Notes under the pieces: generated by a model
The model's input: the letters and a program-made list of their open reading frames with translations, nothing else
Databases searched by the model: none
Told to the model about the DNA's origin: nothing
From: an uncultured delta proteobacterium
GTDB lineage: Bacteria > Desulfobacterota > Binatia > Binatales > Binataceae
Assembly (NCBI GenBank): GCA_963794325.1
Contig: CAWCDG010000004.1
Span: forward strand, 1,056,001 to 1,120,000
Reading direction: 5' to 3'
DNA length: 64,000 nucleotides
In this document: in pieces, positions 29,422-40,143 of the stretch
Numbering within the stretch: position 1 is the first letter of the stretch
Layout: every line of letters begins with the position of its first letter
Position numbers and translations under genes: made by a program

Positions 29422-31509
29422 ATGAGCCACGCGAAAAATCCCGAAAGTCATGCCGGCCGCCGCCCGAACCGGTTAATCAACGAACAGAGTCCGTATCTGC
29501 GGCAGCATGCGTACAATCCGGTGGATTGGCATGCGTGGGGACCGGACGCGCTCGCGCGTGCGAGGGCCGAGAACAAGCCGATCATGCTGTCGATTGGCTA
29601 CTCAGCCTGCCACTGGTGCCACGTGATGGAGCGCGAGTCGTTCGAGAACGACGCTATCGCGCGGCTGATCAACGAGAACTTCATTCCGATTAAGGTCGAT
29701 CGCGAAGAGCGGCCCGACCTCGATCAGATCTACATGGATGCGGTGCAACTGATCACGGGGCGCGGCGGATGGCCGTTGACGATGTTCCTCGCGCCGGATG
29801 GGCGGCCGTTCTTCGGCGGGACCTACTATCCTCCGGAGGATCGGCAGGGGATGCCCGGATTTCCCCGAATCCTGGTCGCGGTATCGCAGGCCTATCGCGA
29901 CAAGGCGAAGGAAGTGACCAACAATCTCGAGAAGCTGACCGAGGCGCTCGGCGCGATTACGAACTACGTCCCGACGGGCGGCGATTTGAAGCCGGGGCTT
30001 GCGACCGAGTCGGCGCGCGCGCTCGCGTCGCATTACGACAGTATCAACGGTGGACTCGGCCAGGCGCCGAAGTTTCCCAACACGTTCGTGTTCTCGCTGT
30101 TTCTTCGCGTGCATGCGGCCGACGGCGACGAGTCGATGGCCGAGATGGTCCGGCACACGCTGTCAAAGATGGCGCGCGGCGGAATCTATGACCAGATTGG
30201 CGGCGGATTCCATCGCTACAGTGTCGACGAGCGATGGTTGGTGCCGCACTTCGAGAAAATGCTGTATGACAACGCGCTGCTGGCGCGGCTCTACCTCGAT
30301 GCCGGCCGCGCGCTGAACGAGCCGGAGTTTCTCGGTGTCGCGCGCGAGATTTTCGACTACGTTCTGCGCGAGATGACGAGTCCCGAAGGCGGCTTTTACG
30401 CCGCGCAGGACGCTGACAGCGAGGGCGAGGAAGGCAAGTTTTTCGTCTGGACGCCCGAACAGGTCGATGCGGTCATCGGTCGCGAGCTCGGGGCGATCGC
30501 CGAGCGCTATTTCGACATTACGATCGAAGGCAATTTCGAAAGCGCGAATATTCCGCATCGAACGATCGAGCTGGGCGACGCGGCGCGGATGTTCAAAATG
30601 TCCGAAGACGAAATGGCGTCGAAGGTTCGCGAGATTCGCAGCCTGCTGTTCGCGGCGCGCGAACAAAGGGTGAAGCCGGGCCGCGACGAAAAAATCCTGG
30701 TGGCGTGGAACGCGATGATGATCGGCGCGTTCGCGGAAGGTTATCGCGCACTGCACGAGCGGCGCTATCTCGATGCGGCCGAGCGCGCGGCGGATTTTAT
30801 GATGACGACGATGTGGGACGGGCGCGCGCTGCGACGGTCGTTCAAGGACGGTGTCGCGCGCCACAATGCCTACCTCGAAGATTATGCGCAGTTGGCGGGC
30901 GCGATGCTCGACCTGTACGAAGCTTCGCTCGACGCGAAGTATCTGGCTCATGCGCGGACGCTGGCGGACGTCATACTCGATCGGTTCATCGACAAGGAAA
31001 AAGGCGGCTTCTTCTTTACCTCGGACGATCATGAGGCGCTGATCATGCGCTCGAAGGCTGCCTTCGACGGATCGACGCCGTCGGGCAACAGCGCGGCCGT
31101 GATGGCGCTGCTCAGACTGCACGGCTACACCGGCGACGAGCGCTACCGCGTCGAGGCCGAACGGACGCTCCGGCTGTTCCGCGAATTTATCGAGAAGCAG
31201 CCGTTCGGATTTTCGCACATGCTCGAAGCGGTGGACCTTTATCAGCGCGGACCGACCGAAGTCGTGATTGTCGGCGACCACAAATCGCCTGAGCTGATCG
31301 AATGGACCGAGCGGCTCGGACTCATCTACGTTCCGAATCTTGCGGTTCTCGTTGCCGACCCGGCTGACGCTCAGACCGGTTTCATCCCGGAGCAGGTGCG
31401 CGACAAACGGCAGATCGACGGCCACGTCACCGCGTACGTGTGCCGCGAGCATACCTGCACGCCGCCGATCACCGCCTTCAAAGATTTGCAGAAGGAGCTG
31501 GCCGACTAG
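29422..31509 (+). CDS. Thioredoxin domain-containing protein (YyaL/DUF255)
   Basis: [31 protein letters not shown]. Confidence 0.93.
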   Translation: MSHAKNPESHAGRRPNRLINEQSPYLRQHAYNPVDWHAWGPDALARARAENKPIMLSIGYSACHWCHVMERESFENDAIARLINENFIPIKVDREERPDLDQIYMDAVQLITGRGGWPLTMFLAPDGRPFFGGTYYPPEDRQGMPGFPRILVAVSQAYRDKAKEVTNNLEKLTEALGAITNYVPTGGDLKPGLATESARALASHYDSINGGLGQAPKFPNTFVFSLFLRVHAADGDESMAEMVRHTLSKMARGGIYDQIGGGFHRYSVDERWLVPHFEKMLYDNALLARLYLDAGRALNEPEFLGVAREIFDYVLREMTSPEGGFYAAQDADSEGEEGKFFVWTPEQVDAVIGRELGAIAERYFDITIEGNFESANIPHRTIELGDAARMFKMSEDEMASKVREIRSLLFAAREQRVKPGRDEKILVAWNAMMIGAFAEGYRALHERRYLDAAERAADFMMTTMWDGRALRRSFKDGVARHNAYLEDYAQLAGAMLDLYEASLDAKYLAHARTLADVILDRFIDKEKGGFFFTSDDHEALIMRSKAAFDGSTPSGNSAAVMALLRLHGYTGDERYRVEAERTLRLFREFIEKQPFGFSHMLEAVDLYQRGPTEVVIVGDHKSPELIEWTERLGLIYVPNLAVLVADPADAQTGFIPEQVRDKRQIDGHVTAYVCREHTCTPPITAFKDLQKELAD

Positions 31510-31517
31510 GCGCTTCC

Positions 31518-32483
31518 ATGGAGAGCTACGCGCGCGACATCGCTCCGGCTGCGAAACCGACGCCGCATTACCCGCCGATTGTCGTCAATCGGGCGCCGCG
31601 CAACAACGGTTCCCGCCTTCGAGTCGTGCTGCTCAACGCAGCCGGCGGACGCCATTTTCGCGACATCGCGGCCTGTCTCAAGCGGCCGAGCCTGCGAGGC
31701 GCCGACATAGTTTTGCTGTGCGAGGTCATTTCGGAGCCGCAAACTGCGAGCTCGCCCGCTCGCGATGTCGCCGCTGAGCTTGGCGCGATGCTCGGAATGA
31801 GCTGTGCGCATATTCCCGAGTACGGCCTCAGTCCCGACGGCGTCGAAATCGGGTCGTATATGGGCAACGCGATCCTGAGTTCGGTTCCGTTCGACGACGT
31901 CGCCGCGGTCGCGATGCACCGGCCGCGAACTCCGCTCGCATGGCCGATGGGCATGCGGAGATGGAGGCGGATCGGCACGCCGACGGGATTGGTCACCACC
32001 GTAAAATTCGCGGGCAAGCAGGTAACGGTGGGCGTCGCGCATCTGCACAGTCGCTGTGCCCCTGCTGAACGTGCGCGCCAGATTGCGACTTACCTGGATT
32101 CGTTCCCAGCCTCGGGGCGCGCGATCTTCGGTGGCGACTTGAATACGACAACCACGGAGCTGTTGAACCGCTCGATGATATTCGCGACCGCTCGGCAAAT
32201 ATTCGCGGACCCTGACCGATTCCACGCGCCGCAGACGCGCGAGCCGCTGTTCGGTCATCTGCGCGAGGCCGGGCTCAAAATCGACGGCGTCAACGTTCCG
32301 AATCGCCCGACCTTCACGTTCTCCGGACTGATTCCGCGACGCATGAGACCGAAACTCGACTGGCTCGCGGTCCGCGATCTTCATCCTGTTGCCGGGTCCG
32401 CCGCCGTGCTCACGCCGCGGTCGCGAATCCTGATGCGGCGTGTCTCCGACCACGATTTCGTCACCGTCGATCTCGAACTGTAA
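31518..32483 (+). CDS. Endonuclease/exonuclease/phosphatase family protein
   Basis: GNAILS, HL, GGDLNT, LDW and SDH motifs. Confidence 0.85.
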   Translation: MESYARDIAPAAKPTPHYPPIVVNRAPRNNGSRLRVVLLNAAGGRHFRDIAACLKRPSLRGADIVLLCEVISEPQTASSPARDVAAELGAMLGMSCAHIPEYGLSPDGVEIGSYMGNAILSSVPFDDVAAVAMHRPRTPLAWPMGMRRWRRIGTPTGLVTTVKFAGKQVTVGVAHLHSRCAPAERARQIATYLDSFPASGRAIFGGDLNTTTTELLNRSMIFATARQIFADPDRFHAPQTREPLFGHLREAGLKIDGVNVPNRPTFTFSGLIPRRMRPKLDWLAVRDLHPVAGSAAVLTPRSRILMRRVSDHDFVTVDLEL

Positions 32484-32562
32484 CTTCCTCCGCACCGAAT
32501 CCTTCCGCATCGCGATGTGACCTGACTAGAATTGCGCGGCTCGTCACGAGGAGGCGCACGCG

Positions 32563-33660
32563 ATGGCATCGTTCAACGGACTCGGCATGCACATGGGGAA
32601 TCTCGCGATTCTGTCGAATGCGGAGAGCCGATCGATAAGTCCTGAGAATCCGACCGGCGAAAAAAGCAAGGGCGCGATGGCGACGCCGGATCCGGCCAGG
32701 AGTCCGGCGCGAAAGCTGGGACGCGGGTGGAAAGTCGCGCCGTACGTCGTGATCGAGCCGGACGAAGTGAAAGTGATCGCCGATATTTCCGGCGCGGGAG
32801 CGATCGAGCAAATCTGGATGACGCCGACGGGACCGTGGCGTTCGAGCATCCTGAGAATTTACTGGGACGACTCGCCGGAGCCGTCGGTGGAATGCCCGGT
32901 CGGCGACTTCTTTGCGTGCGGATGGAACAAGTACGCGCAAGTCTCGTCGCTGGCGGTATGTGTGAATCCGGGCAGCGCGTTCAATTGCTATTGGGAAATG
33001 CCATTTCGCAAGCGATGCCTGATTACTATGACCAATACTGCCGAGACGGCGATGATACTATTCTACCAAATCAACTATATACTCACTGAAGTACCTACTG
33101 ATGCTGCTTACTTTCATGCTCAGTTCCGGCGCGTGAATCCTTTGCCGTACAAAGAGGTGTACACAATTGTCGATGGAATAACCGGGCGCGGGCAATACGT
33201 CGGAACGTACATGGCGTGGGGAGTTCATAACAGCGGATGGTGGGGCGAGGGCGAGATAAAGTTTTTCATGGACGGCGACGCCGAATTTCCGACAATCTGC
33301 GGCACCGGCACCGAAGACTATTTTTGCGGCTCGTACAATTTCGATGTGGGCAAGGAAAACGGCGGCTATCGCGAGTTCACGACGCCCTACGCGGGGTTGC
33401 CGCAAGTCATTCGGCCAGACGGGCTATACGCATCGCAGCAAAGATTCGGAATGTACCGCTGGCATATCGCTGATCCGATCAGATTCACGCGCGACCTGCG
33501 GGTGACTATCCAGGCGCTTGGATGGATGGGCGATCCGCGAAAGGGCGCGGAGTTCCTGCCGTTGCAAGACGACATCGCGTCGGTAGCGTACTGGTACCAG
33601 ACTTTGCCGTCGGCGAAATTCCCGCCGCTGCCGTCTCCTGACTATTTGCGGATCGTGTAG
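32563..33660 (+). CDS. DUF2961 / glycoside hydrolase family 172 protein
   Basis: WWGEGE, GTGTEDYF, YRWHIADPI, SVAYWYQ. Confidence 0.88.
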   Translation: MASFNGLGMHMGNLAILSNAESRSISPENPTGEKSKGAMATPDPARSPARKLGRGWKVAPYVVIEPDEVKVIADISGAGAIEQIWMTPTGPWRSSILRIYWDDSPEPSVECPVGDFFACGWNKYAQVSSLAVCVNPGSAFNCYWEMPFRKRCLITMTNTAETAMILFYQINYILTEVPTDAAYFHAQFRRVNPLPYKEVYTIVDGITGRGQYVGTYMAWGVHNSGWWGEGEIKFFMDGDAEFPTICGTGTEDYFCGSYNFDVGKENGGYREFTTPYAGLPQVIRPDGLYASQQRFGMYRWHIADPIRFTRDLRVTIQALGWMGDPRKGAEFLPLQDDIASVAYWYQTLPSAKFPPLPSPDYLRIV

Positions 33661-35083
33661 CTACACAATCTCGGGTGGAGGTGGGAGCGCGCCGCGCGCC
33701 CGTTCGTAGGCGGCGGCCACGCGGATCACTTCCTGTTCTCCGAACGGACGGCCGATTATCTGCATCGCAATAGGCAGTCCATCCGGCGACAGGCTAGTGG
33801 GAATAGCTATTGCGGGTTGGCCGGTAGTATTGAATGGCTGGGTGAAGCGCAGGATCTCGGCGACAAGATCGACGCGGTCTTCGCGCGCTTCCAGGATGTG
33901 CGTATTGCCGATTGTCGGCGCGACGATTGCGCTCGCAGGTGCGACCAGCACGTCGTGATCGGCGAGCACCGCGATCGACTCGGCGAGGGTGCGGGCGCGA
34001 GCGCGTTGTGCGCGGATGTAGCTGGTAGCGGGGGTCATCATGCTAATTTCGAGGATGCGGCGGACGTCGTCGCCGTAGTCTTGCGGCCGCGTGCGCATCC
34101 ACTCTTCGTGAATCTCCAGCGCTTCGGCCCAGGTTATTATTCCGTTCATGACGCCGGCCATCGGCAGCGACGGAATAGTCACTTGCTCGACGGTGGCGCC
34201 GAGCGATCGCAGAGTATCGAGCGCATTGTTGAACGATCGCGCGACGTCGTCGCTCAGGCCGTCGTTGAGTTCGCGAATCACGCCGATGCGCATGCCGGAG
34301 ATTTCGCTCTCGAGGCCGGCGGAGAAATCGGGCACGCGCTCGCGGCTCGAGGTGGAATCGTTGCGATCTGCGCCCGCGATTACTTGCAGCATCATCGCGG
34401 CGTCGCGAACGGTGCGCGTGATCGGGCCGACGTGATCGAGTGTGTACGCCAGCGGCAAAACCCCGAAACGGCTGACGCGGCTCCAGGTCGGTTTCAAGCC
34501 CGACGCATCCGCAGAGTGCGGCGGGTATTCGTATCGAGCCGCCGGTGTCGGTGCCGATGGTGGCGGCGGCGCTCCGTGCGACGATCGCAGCGGCCGAGCC
34601 GCCACTGGAGCCGCCGGGAATTCGGTCGAGCGCGTACGGATTGCGCACGATTCCGTGATGCGGATTGGAAGACGTGATGCCGTAAGCAAACTCGTGCAGG
34701 TTGAGTTTGCCGAGCAGCACGGCGCCAGCGCGATTGAGCCGCGTCCAGACGGTCGCATCGCGATCGGGTATGAAGTCGGCGAGGATCTTCGAACCGCCGG
34801 TGGTGCGAATGCCCTTGGTGTACACCAGATCCTTCAGCGCAATCGGAACGCCGTGAAATGGACCGCGCCATTTGCCGGCGGCGATTTCGGCCTCAGCTTT
34901 CTTCGCAGCCTTGCGAGCCATCGAATCCGTCACGGTGATGTAGGCGCGCAGCGATCGATCAGTCTGTTCGATTCGGCCGAGGTACGCCTCGGTCAACTCG
35001 ACCGGCGAGATTTCGCGCGCGCGTATCTTGACGGACAGCGCGGCGACGTCAAAGTCGAGTAGTTCCTGAAATGGAATCGACAT
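33661..35083 (-). CDS. Amidase signature family enzyme, with an apparent +1 frameshift near 34500
   Basis: ALKD, GGSSGGS and GTDTGGSIRIP in 34043..35083; the GLKPT continuation is in the frame of ORF 33661..34758. Confidence 0.88.
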
Positions 35084-35119
35084 GGGAGTGCGTCCTCGGA
35101 GTGAGTAATGAAGTGAGTA

Positions 35120-35338
35120 TTACGGCTTCGACCTGGCGGCGCGGGTCGCTTCGGCCAGCATGACCGGGTACCCGAAGGGCGGCTCGATCCCGGTGATACC
35201 GATTGACGCGAAGTAGCCGGCCAGTGTGAACCTCGCGCCGGCGACGCGCGCAATCGAGTGCGCGTCGGCGTCGGAGACTTCGTAACCGTAGAGATCGCGC
35301 AGCACCTGTTTGACGGTTTCGCCGGTAACCAGTGGCAT
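35120..35338 (-). CDS. Small protein upstream of the amidase (possible AtzG/GatC-like partner)
   Basis: 72 aa, GGAGA RBS, directly upstream of the amidase. Confidence 0.55.
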   Translation of the reverse strand: MPLVTGETVKQVLRDLYGYEVSDADAHSIARVAGARFTLAGYFASIGITGIEPPFGYPVMLAEATRAARSKP

Positions 35339-35357
35339 GGTGTTTCTCCGATTAGGA

Positions 35358-35921
35358 CTATTCAAGTTTGCGCGCTGATTCGATTATCAAGTCGCATACG
35401 CGGCGCGCGTCTTCAAGCGCGAGCAGACGGTAGCACTCGGGCCATCCGATCCAGTCCGGAGGGACGGAAGGGTTCGTGAACGGCAGGTAGCTCGGTTGAA
35501 CCATCTTCTCGCTACGATCGCGCAGTTCGATGTGGCGATGGACGCGCTTTACGCGCAGTTGCGGAGTGTTCAAGCGGTCGAGCAAAACGCCGACCACCTT
35601 CGGCTCCCGCAGTCCTGAGACGATGATGACGCGTTGATTGGTGACGCCGTAAAACGTGTTCGACAGATAGGTGTGGAACACGATCGCTTCGGCGATCAGA
35701 ATGCATACCAGTACTGCAAGCAGAATCGAATTGAGGTCGGCACGTTCGGCGAGACTGGAATCGAGCGGCAACGAACGCATCACAAGAGCGGCGATTCCGA
35801 CCAGGACGATGACTCCGGCGCGCAATCGAAGCGCGGTTGTATCATGCGGGCGTCCGCACCAGAGGAGTTCCTCGCGCACCAGCAGATGCGGCGTGATGAC
35901 GGCGCCCGCCTCAGGATCCAT
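35358..35921 (-). CDS. Hypothetical membrane protein (bacterial PH-like domain)
   Basis: EELLW.GRP, two TM helices, YGVTNQRVII. Confidence 0.6.
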   Translation of the reverse strand: MDPEAGAVITPHLLVREELLWCGRPHDTTALRLRAGVIVLVGIAALVMRSLPLDSSLAERADLNSILLAVLVCILIAEAIVFHTYLSNTFYGVTNQRVIIVSGLREPKVVGVLLDRLNTPQLRVKRVHRHIELRDRSEKMVQPSYLPFTNPSVPPDWIGWPECYRLLALEDARRVCDLIIESARKLE

Positions 35922-35924
35922 CGA

Positions 35925-38240
35925 TCACTTGACGATGCCCGCGGCGCGTAGCGTGGCGATTCGGTCGGTCGAGTAGCCGAGGTAGTCGCGGAGGATCTCG
36001 TCAGTATGCTCGCCAAGCATCGGCGCGGCTCGATCGATCGTGCCGGGAGTCGCGAACAACTTCGTCAGCATTCCAGTCTGCCGCACGCGCCCCCACACTG
36101 AATGAGACAACTCGGCTATGAGGTCGTTCGCGGCGACCTGCGGATCGTCGAACAATTCGCGGGTGTGATTTACACGGGTAGCAGGTATGCGGGCATCCTT
36201 TAGCGCTGCGAGGGTATCTTCGCGATCTAGCTTCGCGAATTGTTCCGCAAGCGATTCCGCGAGCCCACCCTCGTTCGGCTCCGTAACAGCCGTCTCCCAG
36301 TTGGCACTGGGCAGTCCGGGCAGAATAGTCAGTAGTGCTTTCAACTGAGGTTCGTCGGATACTGAGATGAATAGCCATTCGTTGTCGCGACATTGATAGG
36401 CGCGCGAGAGAGCAGACCGTCCGCGATTCTCCGCGGCGCCATTTTCCATGTTGGGCCGGCCCGGATAGAAGGCGAACTCACCGGCCTGAAACGCCATCGC
36501 GGATTGTAACAACGAGGTCTCGCAGAACTGCCCGCGCCCGGTGAGCTCGCGTGCCCGCATCGCGAGCACGCATCCGAATGCGGACAGCATCGCAGCGCCG
36601 TAATCACAAATTGCGCAAGTGAGGTACACAGGATGCCCGTGATGACCGCCCTGCGCCGCCATCACGCCCGACCGCGCCTGCAGCAGCGGATCGAAACCGG
36701 GCTGATTGTGATCGGGCCCGCGATTCCCGAACGCATTGACCGACATATAGATGATGCGCGGATTGCGCGGCGCGAGGCTTTCGTAATCGAAGCCGAACTT
36801 GCGCATCCGTCCCGGCCGCAGATTCTCCACGACGATATCGGCCTTGTCCGCGAGTCCATGAATAATTTCGCGCCCCTTGTCGGTCGCAAGATTGAGCGAG
36901 ATTCCGCGCTTGCCCTGGTTCCAGCCGAGAAAGCCGAAACCAAAATGGCGGAACGAGTCGCCCTCGAGGCTCTCGATCTTGATAACTGTGGCGCCGAGCT
37001 GCGCGAGGATCATCGGCCCGTACGAACCCGCGATGTAACTGGCGAAGTCGAGTACCGTGACGCCATCGAGTGGAGGTCTTTTTTCAGTGATATGCACCTC
37101 CGTTTTCAGCGGAGTGCGTTTTGGCTCTGCAAGCCATTCCAGCGCTGCGCGATCGTCGCCGATTCTCGGAGCCGCCCCGACGATTTCGCCGGGAGTGTCG
37201 TTGAGGAAGACCGGCAGACCCATCTGAATCATGCGGCCAAGAGTGGGATCGTCGATTTCATGGCGCATCCCGAGCGCGCGCGTCTGTGGGTGATCGATGA
37301 ACTCCTGGCGCGACATCACCGGCGCGCACGGAACGTCGGACTCGCGCAGTATGCTCAGCCATTCATCGCGCGGCCGCGTGCGAATGATCGGCTCTACGAT
37401 GTCCTTGAGCGGCTGCCAGTGCTCTTGCGCGATTCCCCACGGCGCATTTTCGAAACGCGGATCGCCGACCAGGTCGGGACGCTCGATCGCGATCGCGAAC
37501 TTACCCCAGAAGGTCGAGTTACCGCACGCGGCGAACAGGTATTTGCCGTCGGCGGCCTCGAACAGTCGATAAACCGGAATCGGACCGAGCGGATCCTGCG
37601 GACCGTGATAGAGCGTCGTCATTTTTTCGTGACGCAGAATTCCGCCGGTATGCAGCGAAAAGGCGCCGGCCAGAAGCGAGACCTCGACCGCTTGCCCTGT
37701 CCCATTCGCGCCGCGCGCGAGAATCGCCGCGACCGCCGCCGTCGCCGCCATCACGCCGGCCGAATAACTCGCCGCCGGAAATACCAGCGCAACAGGATTC
37801 CCGCTGCGCGCCCACTGGCTCCCGGTGATTCCGCCGCGGGCCGCGACCAGATCGTCGTTGGCGTCGAAGTCTGCGTCAGGACCGCGGCTTCCCAGTGCAG
37901 GCACGCCGAGCGCGATCGCGCGCGGATTTATCCGCCGAACCGATTCGCAATCGAGATTCAGTTGTCTCAGCCGGGCCGGCGTGAATCCGGTTACGACGAC
38001 GTCAGCCCATCGAATCAGTTCCGCGACGCGCCCCTTCGACGCGGGATCGTCGAGATCAAGTTCGAGCATGCGCTTGCTGCGATTAAGGACGTGGAAGTGC
38101 GGCGTGCCGCGCTCGCGCGAGCCGCCGCGAGGCTCTATCTTGATAGCGTGCGCGCCGTTTTCCGCCAGCAGCATCGTGGCGTAGGCGGCGCCCATGTTTG
38201 AATCGAATTCAACGATGTTGATTCCGTCGAGTGCTTTCAT
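35925..38240 (-). CDS. CaiB/BaiF (family III) CoA-transferase, two fused domains
   Basis: Two copies of LDGI/LDGV...GA..IKIE...N..KR; PMLGEHT at the end. Confidence 0.92.
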   Translation of the reverse strand: MKALDGINIVEFDSNMGAAYATMLLAENGAHAIKIEPRGGSRERGTPHFHVLNRSKRMLELDLDDPASKGRVAELIRWADVVVTGFTPARLRQLNLDCESVRRINPRAIALGVPALGSRGPDADFDANDDLVAARGGITGSQWARSGNPVALVFPAASYSAGVMAATAAVAAILARGANGTGQAVEVSLLAGAFSLHTGGILRHEKMTTLYHGPQDPLGPIPVYRLFEAADGKYLFAACGNSTFWGKFAIAIERPDLVGDPRFENAPWGIAQEHWQPLKDIVEPIIRTRPRDEWLSILRESDVPCAPVMSRQEFIDHPQTRALGMRHEIDDPTLGRMIQMGLPVFLNDTPGEIVGAAPRIGDDRAALEWLAEPKRTPLKTEVHITEKRPPLDGVTVLDFASYIAGSYGPMILAQLGATVIKIESLEGDSFRHFGFGFLGWNQGKRGISLNLATDKGREIIHGLADKADIVVENLRPGRMRKFGFDYESLAPRNPRIIYMSVNAFGNRGPDHNQPGFDPLLQARSGVMAAQGGHHGHPVYLTCAICDYGAAMLSAFGCVLAMRARELTGRGQFCETSLLQSAMAFQAGEFAFYPGRPNMENGAAENRGRSALSRAYQCRDNEWLFISVSDEPQLKALLTILPGLPSANWETAVTEPNEGGLAESLAEQFAKLDREDTLAALKDARIPATRVNHTRELFDDPQVAANDLIAELSHSVWGRVRQTGMLTKLFATPGTIDRAAPMLGEHTDEILRDYLGYSTDRIATLRAAGIVK

Positions 38241-38242
38241 TC

Positions 38243-38292
38243 AAGAACCTAACCCCTAACCCCTTTTTTCGTTCCTCGAGGGAAGGGGAACA
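38243..38292 (+). repeat. Family B hairpin repeat (degenerate)
   Basis: aagaacctaacccctaacccctt...ggaaggggaac. Confidence 0.75.
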
Positions 38293-38518
38293 ATCGCGGA
38301 GGTTTTGGCTTTGCGATTTGAATTGTCGTTGAGCTTGGGCGAGAAAAGCAAACGATTGCGCCAAAGCGCGGTTATCCACGGGAATCGCGGTCCACGCGGA
38401 CGAATTCAAACCGCGGACACGCCGGGTTCATCCTCTGTTAATGTACAGTGCATAGCTTCTGCGCGCCGCACACTCACTCGCGGAAGGGACCCGACTAACT
38501 TCGAGGAAAATTCAAAAG

Positions 38519-39550
38519 ATGCTCAAACGACGACTAATCCTGGCCCTTTTCATAATTCTTGCGATTGCAGGAATCGGCAGCTCCGGATTCGCCGACATGC
38601 TGGTCAACGGCGCCGGCGCCACCTTCCCATACCCGATCTATTCCAAGTGGTTCGACGTTTACGCGAAAGAAAATCCGGGCGTCAAGTTCAACTACCAATC
38701 GATCGGTTCGGGCGGCGGGATCAGGATGCTCTCGAATCGCACTGTCGATCTCGGGGCGAGCGACGCGCCGATGACCGATCAGCAGCTCGCTGATGCGCCT
38801 GGAAAAATTCTGCACTTCCCCAGCGTGATGGGCGCCGACGTGATCGCCTACAATCTGCCGGGGTTTACCGGCACGCTACGCCTGACCGGCCCGGTCATTG
38901 CCGATATCTATGAGGCCAAAATCACCAAGTGGGATGACGAACAGATCAAAGCGTTGAATCCGGGTGTGGCGATCCCGTCGCAAGACATCGTCGTATGCCA
39001 CCGTTCTGATGGCAGCGGCACGACCTACATATTCGTCGATTACCTGTCGAAGGTCAGCCCGAGCTGGGCGTCCGATGTAGGTAAAGGAACTTCGGTCAAG
39101 TGGCCAACCGGGCTCGGCGGCAAGGGCAACGAAGGCGTGACGGCACTGGTGCAGCAGACGCCGGGAGCGATCGGATACGTCGAGTTGATCTATGCGCTCA
39201 ACAACAAAATCCCGTTCGCGCAGATTCAGAACAAGGCGGGCAACTGGGTGACCCCGAGCCTGGCGGGAGTGACCGCTGCGGCGGCGTCGGTAGCGGGTAA
39301 TATGCCGGCCGACTTCCGCGTGTCGATTACCAACGCTCCCGGTGCGGACGCGTATCCGATTTCGTCGTTCACCTGGCTGCTCGTTTACCAGAAACAGACC
39401 AACAAGGAGGTCGGCGAGCAGATCAAGAAGTTCCTGAGCTGGGCGCTGACCGAGGGCCAGACGCTGGCGCCGTCGCTGCAATACGCGCCGCTTCCGGCCG
39501 AAGTCGTGCAAAAGGAGACCGCGCAGATTCAGCAGATCCAGCTTCCCTAG
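38519..39550 (+). CDS. pstS: Phosphate ABC transporter substrate-binding protein
   Basis: GAGATFPYP, YQSIGSGGG, RSDGSGTT, AYPI. Confidence 0.96.
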   Translation: MLKRRLILALFIILAIAGIGSSGFADMLVNGAGATFPYPIYSKWFDVYAKENPGVKFNYQSIGSGGGIRMLSNRTVDLGASDAPMTDQQLADAPGKILHFPSVMGADVIAYNLPGFTGTLRLTGPVIADIYEAKITKWDDEQIKALNPGVAIPSQDIVVCHRSDGSGTTYIFVDYLSKVSPSWASDVGKGTSVKWPTGLGGKGNEGVTALVQQTPGAIGYVELIYALNNKIPFAQIQNKAGNWVTPSLAGVTAAAASVAGNMPADFRVSITNAPGADAYPISSFTWLLVYQKQTNKEVGEQIKKFLSWALTEGQTLAPSLQYAPLPAEVVQKETAQIQQIQLP

Positions 39551-39572
39551 CGCGATAATCGCAAGTTCAAAG

Positions 39573-39613
39573 AGGCGCGGGCGTCGGAGATGGGCGCCCG
39601 CGCTTTTTCTTTT
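39573..39613 (+). terminator. Intrinsic terminator after pstS
   Basis: gcgcgggcgtc...ggcgcccgcgc followed by tttttctttt. Confidence 0.7.
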
Positions 39614-39643
39614 CGTAGCGCGCTTCGGGTATGGTCGATAACT

Positions 39644-40096
39644 ATGCTCCGACGAATGCAAGCATTGGTTATCGCGATCATCGCGATCGTCGCCACCTGC
39701 GGCGCCGCACACGCGCAGAATTACGTGATCGATCAGGGCACCAGCGATGCGCTCACGCGGTATCTCCACCAGAGTGAGCTGCCGATGGTCACTGCGGAGT
39801 TCTCGACGTCGCCGGGCGGCAGCAAGCAATTGATACTTACCGGATTCGTCGCGACGCAGTTTGGCCGCAACGACGCGGAACGAATTGCGACCGCGTACTT
39901 GAACGATCCGAGCGTCAATATGGTCGACCAGATCCTGCTCGATCCGCACGTCGAGGAAATGCGCGGAGCGGCGCAAGGTTCGGCGGCGGGTGCGCAATCG
40001 CCCAACAGTCCGGATCAAGTGTGGAACAAGACGATGCAGGGCATCTACCGCAATGGCGGTCAGACCCCGTCTGGCAGCGGGCCGATGCTGCCTTAG
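39644..40096 (+). CDS. Hypothetical exported protein (BON-like)
   Basis: Signal peptide AHA-Q; LILTGFV...VDQI pattern. Confidence 0.55.
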   Translation: MLRRMQALVIAIIAIVATCGAAHAQNYVIDQGTSDALTRYLHQSELPMVTAEFSTSPGGSKQLILTGFVATQFGRNDAERIATAYLNDPSVNMVDQILLDPHVEEMRGAAQGSAAGAQSPNSPDQVWNKTMQGIYRNGGQTPSGSGPMLP

Positions 40097-40143
40097 GCGG
40101 CATCGCAACTTGCGGCGCGCGGCGTGGTAGGATCACGCTTGCC

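Noticed and set aside
38430-38460. Pho box upstream of pstS
   Set aside because: Only a weak match (ctgttaat...cagtgcat); not supportable by eye.
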